A stretch of 64,000 nt of DNA from Octopus sinensis (lineage: Eukaryota): the NCBI RefSeq assembly GCF_006345805.1, contig NC_043006.1, forward strand, positions 33,418,001 to 33,482,000. Reading direction: 5' to 3'. A model generated the notes under the pieces. The model did no database searches, was not told the DNA's origin, and saw only the letters and a program-made list of their open reading frames with translations. This document shows positions 57,763 to 64,000 of the stretch, one piece after another. A program made the translations under genes and the position numbers. Positions within the stretch are counted from its first letter, which is position 1, and each line of letters opens with the position of its first letter.

Positions 57763-60343
57763 GGATATATCCTTAATTCATAGGCTTGAAGAATTTTTAG
57801 AATGCAAAAGATAAGCAGGAGATTAACTCTTATGACAAATTAATTCGGTATTAGCCAACATTATAAAATTGAGGTTTAGTTTTTTTACTGTCAAAAAAAT
57901 ATAAAATCTGAAAATGGACAAGATTCCTATCTAGTAGTGAAAGGATCATACACCTGTTTAGCAATATCTAACTGGCACATATCATAAGCACCCATCCCCC
58001 AAGTTATATATCTTCACATCACTTTCAGAAGAACTGGCACTGCTTTTAGCTTTGCAAGCCAATCTTGTTACCACAAAACTCTATTTAGATCATATCCTGC
58101 CAATCTATCACTTGATACCACTTACGTTTTTACTTCACAACATGCTTATCCATAGGCTATGCTAATTTTTTTGCAACAATATTTGAATGCTTTTCTCTTA
58201 ATTCTAAATCTACCCACCACCCACTTAAAATATATATCGATCCTAAAAATAACTCATTGGGTAAAGATAACCCTTAGTCTGTAGTACATGCTGAAATAAA
58301 TACACAAATACAGTATATTGTGGGTATGGGTAAACACTTATTGCAGGTGTATGAGGAAAGAGAAATATCTTTATTGATCAGATAGATATGTTTTCTCTAT
58401 GGCTGGATACTTACTTTGTAATTGTTTTATTAATTATGAATACTTGTTTGCAGTTATCTTGCTGAAAGTAAGGTGTACATTTCAAAGAAATGAATAGACA
58501 GAGCAGTCCATCTTTGTAGTTTGAGAAGTCTGAGCTTCATTAAACACAAAGAAACTTAGTGATGTAAAGACCTTATTGTTTGCTTATTTTAATATTTATT
58601 AAGATAAAAAGCAGAAACAACAGAGCATTCTTGAAAGTATTACCGCATTTAGTTTCACTCCTCTACAATATTTAAGTCTTTCCCATTTAACTGTTGATTA
58701 CCCATTTAAATGTTGATAAAATAAGTACCAGTAATATACCATTGTAAGGTGGTGAGATAGCAGAATTGTTAGCAGACCAGGCAAAATGCTGAAAGGTATT
58801 TTGTTCATCTTTATGCTTAAAGTTCAAATTCTGCTGGGGTTGACAAAATAAGTACCAGTTGAGCACTGGGGTTGATGTAATTGACTGACCCACTCAGCTG
58901 AAATTGTGTCAAATAACATTATTTCCCTTTGAAATTTTGCTTGTTCTCTTGAAATATAAATATGTTTCACCTACCATATTTACTCAAGTAAAATGCAATC
59001 ATAAATCTCATGAATGCCCCGTCCCCACTTTATCAGATGTATTTACCCACCCCACTCTTAAACTCAAGTCTAATGCTGTCCCACTAATTTTGGTCCTGAT
59101 GTTTTGTACAAAATTTCTCACATACAAGAGTAAATAGACTTCTGTTGTCTCAGTTATGACTTGGTTGCGCAGATCAAATGTCAGATGATTAGAACAAACA
59201 CATTCTCTTAAAGTAAATGAGAAACTGAATTTGGTTTTGCAAGTAAAAAATTGGAGTGGTGGCATAAACAGATGTCAAATGCGTTGAAAAAAAAGAAAAA
59301 AAAAAGAAGAAATATATCCTAAGACAAACATCAATCAGTGAGTGTGTTTATTGGCTTTATTAATTAGGACTCTTCTCAAATATAACAAATGAGAAATTCT
59401 GTCCAGAGCTGTGGAGTCAAGACAAAAAACTGATTCTGACTCCTCTTTATGTAAGTGATTGTGGTCTACATATCTCATAAAGCATATGTATATGCTTGTA
59501 CTTTGAGTAGGCCTATGTTTTATAATTGGTTTATATTAAAGAATAAAGATATTGTGAGTTGGAATCAGAGTTGGTATAGTTTTACTGACTCCACAGCCCT
59601 GATTCTGTCTATATCTGATTCATATTCTTTGTTTTTGCTTAAACTGTCATCTCAGAAGTGTCGCTATTCCACATGAAGACTTGATTGTTAGCACATATTT
59701 AAGAATCTACAATACTTTAAGGTGCTCCAGCATGTTGGATGCAGCCCCACTTTCAGTAGTACTTATTTAGGAAAAAATGGTTTTAGTGCATTGAAGTATG
59801 AATATATAAACTCAACTTAACATAGGTCATGAAATGATATTTTGAGAAAAAGTGCATCTTATACGCTGCTGGCACCATCATCATTGTCATCTAACATCTA
59901 TTTTTCATACTGGCATGGGTTGGATTGTTTGACAGGAGCTGGCAAGCTAGAAAGCTACACAAGGCTCCATTTCTCTGTTTTGGCATGATGCTTTCCCTAA
60001 TGCCAACCATTTTACAGAGTGTAATGTGTGCTTTTTACATGGCACCAGTGGGGTCACCGAGAGAGGGAGTGAGATGAAAGGAAATGACTGTTTTCCAGGT
60101 GAGCGGTTAGGGTATAATAAAGGGACAAAGATAGTTGTCTAATAGAAATACATGGCTACTCCAGTAGGACGAGGAAGGAGAGTTAGAGAAAGATAGAGAG
60201 ACAGGGTGAGAGAGAGAAAAATAGATGGCATTGGAGATGTATTGGGACTGAGGTGGGGGATGTTACTTAAGAGTGTAAGGGGAGGTGTCTAGGGATGGGG
60301 AAGACATAGCTGTAGTGAGTGATGGTGAGAGAAAATGGAGTAG

Positions 60344-60597
60344 ATAGGAGTGGGGGCATGGTAGATATGTTATGGAGAGTGTGCAGATAAGCACATGTGG
60401 GAGAATGGAGGAGCTTGCAGTGGGTGGTGATCATAGGTAGTGGGATGGGGGTGGATGTTTGAAAAAAGTCATAGGAGTGGGGGGCATGGTAGATATGTTA
60501 TGGAGAGTGTGCAGATAAGCACATGTGGGAGAATGGAGGAGCTTGCAGTGGGTGGTGATCATAGGTAGTGGGATGGGGGTGGATGTTGAAAAAAGTC
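60344..60597. repeat. 127-bp tandem duplication (2 copies)
   Basis: 60344-60470 and 60471-60597 differ only in homopolymer lengths. Confidence 0.95.
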
Positions 60598-60852
60598 ATT
60601 AAATAAGACACTAAGTAATTAACTGTTTAATAATAAATACTTATCCAAGATATTTAATATGATGGTAGGAAAAAAAATCTAACGAGTCATTTAATAAATG
60701 TCACAACATTCTATTCTTCTGCTCAAATAAATAGGTCTTGTGCATGGTCAAGATGAAAAGGTTAACTGCGAGTATTACGAGAATCTAAGAGTTGAAGTAC
60801 ATTTGATCAAGGAAAAGCATAGAGAGAGAGAGAGAGGGTGAGAGAGAGAGGG

Positions 60853-60890
<38 letters not shown>

Positions 60891-62880
60891 GGTTGCATAT
60901 TGTAAAGCATTTTCTGTAATAAAGAAGTAAAAATATATGTAAAACTGTAAGACAAGTATGGTTTGAAGCATATATACTGAAATTGTATTATAAACTTCAT
61001 TCCAGTTTAAATAGAATCAAAATTTCCATTCCTGGATAGCTACTGTGTTCTTTAATCTTTACCAAACAGTTTTTTGTACAATATAGTGATTTCAATCTGA
61101 CTGCATGACGCCTTGAGCAAGTGTTGTTCTACTATATAGCTCCAGGCTGACCAAAGCCTTGTGAATTGGTTTGATAGATAGAAATTGAAAGAAGCCTGTC
61201 ATATATGTACGAGTGTGTGTGTGCATGTGTGCGCACGTTTGTGTGGGTAGGTGTATGTGTGTGTGTGGTGTTTGTGTAGGTGAGTACGTACTCCTAGTCA
61301 TCAACACTTGCGTTTGCTGATTGTAAACAACGGCCTTGCTGTTCATGTGCAGACAGTACCCTTTGCTAGCAGTCCACTGTGAAAGCAGGTCAGGCTTCTT
61401 GACAAGTCACAATGTTGCATGATCTTTGTAAACAAAAGGCTCATTCAAACAGTTTTTGTTTCCACTACTCGGCATAACCAGGTGCAAGCTGCTTATTTGA
61501 TAAACTGGGAGATTATTATCTTGCTTGGAAACAGGAGGGATTGCTATCAGAAGGGGTATCCAGCCATAGAAAACTCTGCTCCAATATATTCATGTTTGAC
61601 CCATGCATGCATACAAAAGTAGACACAGAACAATGAAGATGATTTGAAGACATTAATGCTTTCAATGTTTCTCCATGCAGGTATGGTCAGATGGTTGTTT
61701 GCAAATCACAACTTGCATGTTAAAAATTTAATGATCTTGTGCAATTAAAAAAAAAAATTCATAACTAATAGTTCTTGGCAAGAGAAAACAAACAATAAAT
61801 ATTATCTAAATACGAAGCCCTAACATCAGCCAACATAAATCTAAAACACTGAGAAATTTGAGATATCATTTTGAAGAAAAGGCCCAAAATTCAGTGATTT
61901 TGTTGTGGTAAGCTGGAAATAGCTAAGCAAGCACAGCTATTTTTGCAGAAATTGATTCAGAAGCAACATAATATTGCAGGAGACAGTCAAGTTGTCCACA
62001 CAGCTGTTCCATAACGGAATATCATTAACAATGTTTTAGAGTTAACAAGACTAAATATATGGAAGATAAATGAATTTATAAAATGGAAAAAAAAAAGAAG
62101 CAAAAACAAAAAAATGAAAGCTTGCTAAATCATGAAACAAGACCAAAAGAGTTAAAATTTTTGTAAGTGGCTAATTAACTGACTGACTGAATAGCTACAT
62201 TTGATGTTTAATAGAATGTGTGATGTGTACGCAATTTACTACTAGTCTGTCCCTGGTGAGTCTAACATTATTGGTAAATAGTAATAACATATTCAAGCCA
62301 ACTAAACAGGTAGTCAAAATTAAATGCAAATAATAATTGTGATGAAAATATTTGAAAATGTATATTATGCTAATAATGTTAATCTTTATCTACTCAATAT
62401 AGACACATAAGCTACTCAAAATATTGGAAAAAATACCATGCTTAAATGGACCGTTTGCATCTAAGTGACAATTCCGCTTATAAAGCAATGCATAAATTAT
62501 GCAATTTCTCACACTGTCCTAATACTCCAAGTAATTCAAGAAAAAGAAAAAAGAAAACAAACATTAAAAACATAATAGTGTCATTAATTAACTTCCTGGG
62601 AACCCTTTGAAAATGAATTGTTTGTAAAATTAGTATTCTGTTTTGACTATAGAGTAAGAAAAATTAAAACCCATCTTTTGACTGATGTTACTGTATTGTA
62701 GAAACATAAAAGCACTCTCCCCGCCTGCTTGCATCTGTTAGATTTGAAAAATGCAACATGAATTCCACCTTATAGTGTTTTTACTACAGAGACAGCTACA
62801 ATTAAAATCAAAACTTAAACTGCAAAAGTACTTGTAGAATAAAATATTGCTTCCATAATTTCTGAGCTTGTCTACAGTAG

Positions 62881-62915
<35 letters not shown>

Positions 62916-63846
62916 ACAGTGATATATTGAACTATATCTGAATTAATATAAAGAAAATAACATACTTATTTTAAAAATAATTTTAAACTGAAGTGAAAGT
63001 ATCAATATATTTATACTTTTTACATTTGTGAAGTAACTGTAATACAGCTAATCAATGAAAAGAATTTTAATAAAATATAAAAAAAGAAAATATGGAACTC
63101 TTAAGAAAATAACAATTAAAAGCATGAAATCAAAAACATCTGATGAGAATTTTGTAAACACTCATACACATATGCAACAGTAACATTAACAAATATAAAA
63201 AGGCTATCATCAGAAAATAATATTTACATGTTCTGTTGCAGCAAGATGGAAAATTGACGACAGCAGTCAATATTGAAGCTTCTCTGGAAACTGTAGTATT
63301 CTTTCAAGCAGAATAGGATAACCGCAAACTACTATCAGATATATATGTATACGCACACGCACACACACCTTTAAGGAGACGAGTTGTAAGTCAATCAATC
63401 AGCTCTTGAAATTAGAATCAAGCAGCAACAGACAGACAATCAGACTACTGAGAGCAATGAATTAAATTTTAGATGGAAGCCATCACAGGTGTCGAAATTG
63501 TCTGAAAAGATTTAATAACTTCCCATAAAAAGAGAGAGAGAGAAGAAGGGAAAGGGAAAAGAAAGAAGAAAAACCGTAAATTGATCCAGGAGGCAAAGTT
63601 AAAGTTAGATATAAAGTGGAATAAATGACTCAAAGTTTTCAGAAAAATCAGCATTTCATTATCATTTAATGTTTAACCCTAAAATAAGGGAGCTTAGGAA
63701 CTGCTGCCATTCAAACTTTTGTATAACTGTAATCTGTTTAAAACTACACGCACATACAGACACAAATATGAAACGGGGGAATGTAATGAGATGATCGTCA
63801 TGATATTGCACCAGTAGGCGAGCAGCATGACAGTCATGATAATACA

Positions 63847-64000
63847 CTAAGTTAGCTGCAGGCTTGCTGTGATGTTACATTACTCGGTTAGCAGCAAGAT
63901 TTTGCAATGTTGCATTACTCAGTTAGCATCAAAGATGTCATGATGCTGCATTTACTCAGCTAACAGCAGGCTTGCTGTGATGTTGCATTACTAAGTTAGC
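63847..64000. repeat. About 36-bp minisatellite running off the window end
   Basis: Units start at 63847, 63883, 63918, 63955 and 63991 (ct.agttagc.gcag..ttgctgtgatgttgcatta). Confidence 0.85.

Overview
AT-rich eukaryotic genomic DNA packed with microsatellites and SINEs. The repeat families point to a coleoid cephalopod, most likely Octopus (inferred from recalled repeat sequences, not searched). Two minus-strand genes lie in tandem. (1) An AMP-activated protein kinase gamma subunit (PRKAG/SNF4Agamma): I traced 11 coding exons from 48802 down to the stop at 30256, all GT-AG and phase-consistent, covering the four CBS motifs. Its 5' exons were not found. A probable long 3' UTR runs toward about 23.2 kb. 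(2) A polyQ/polyP-rich first coding exon at 8582-8427, tentatively a SMARCD/BAF60 homolog, with a TCTCGCGAGA motif in its promoter or 5' UTR. Its downstream exons were not found. The rest is decayed mobile DNA: RTE, CR1/Jockey-like and L1/Tx1-like LINE pieces, a Gypsy pol remnant, a Tc1 transposase remnant, hAT- and piggyBac-type MITEs, and at least four SINE families. Most interesting: a tRNA-headed element carrying a minimal type-I hammerhead-ribozyme fold on the sense strand of an AMPK-gamma intron, flanked by a 20-bp direct repeat; a possible ancient PRKAG-SMARCD neighbourhood; a CpG-decay boundary near 16.5 kb readable from sister SINE copies; and inverted SINE pairs that could form ADAR substrates.
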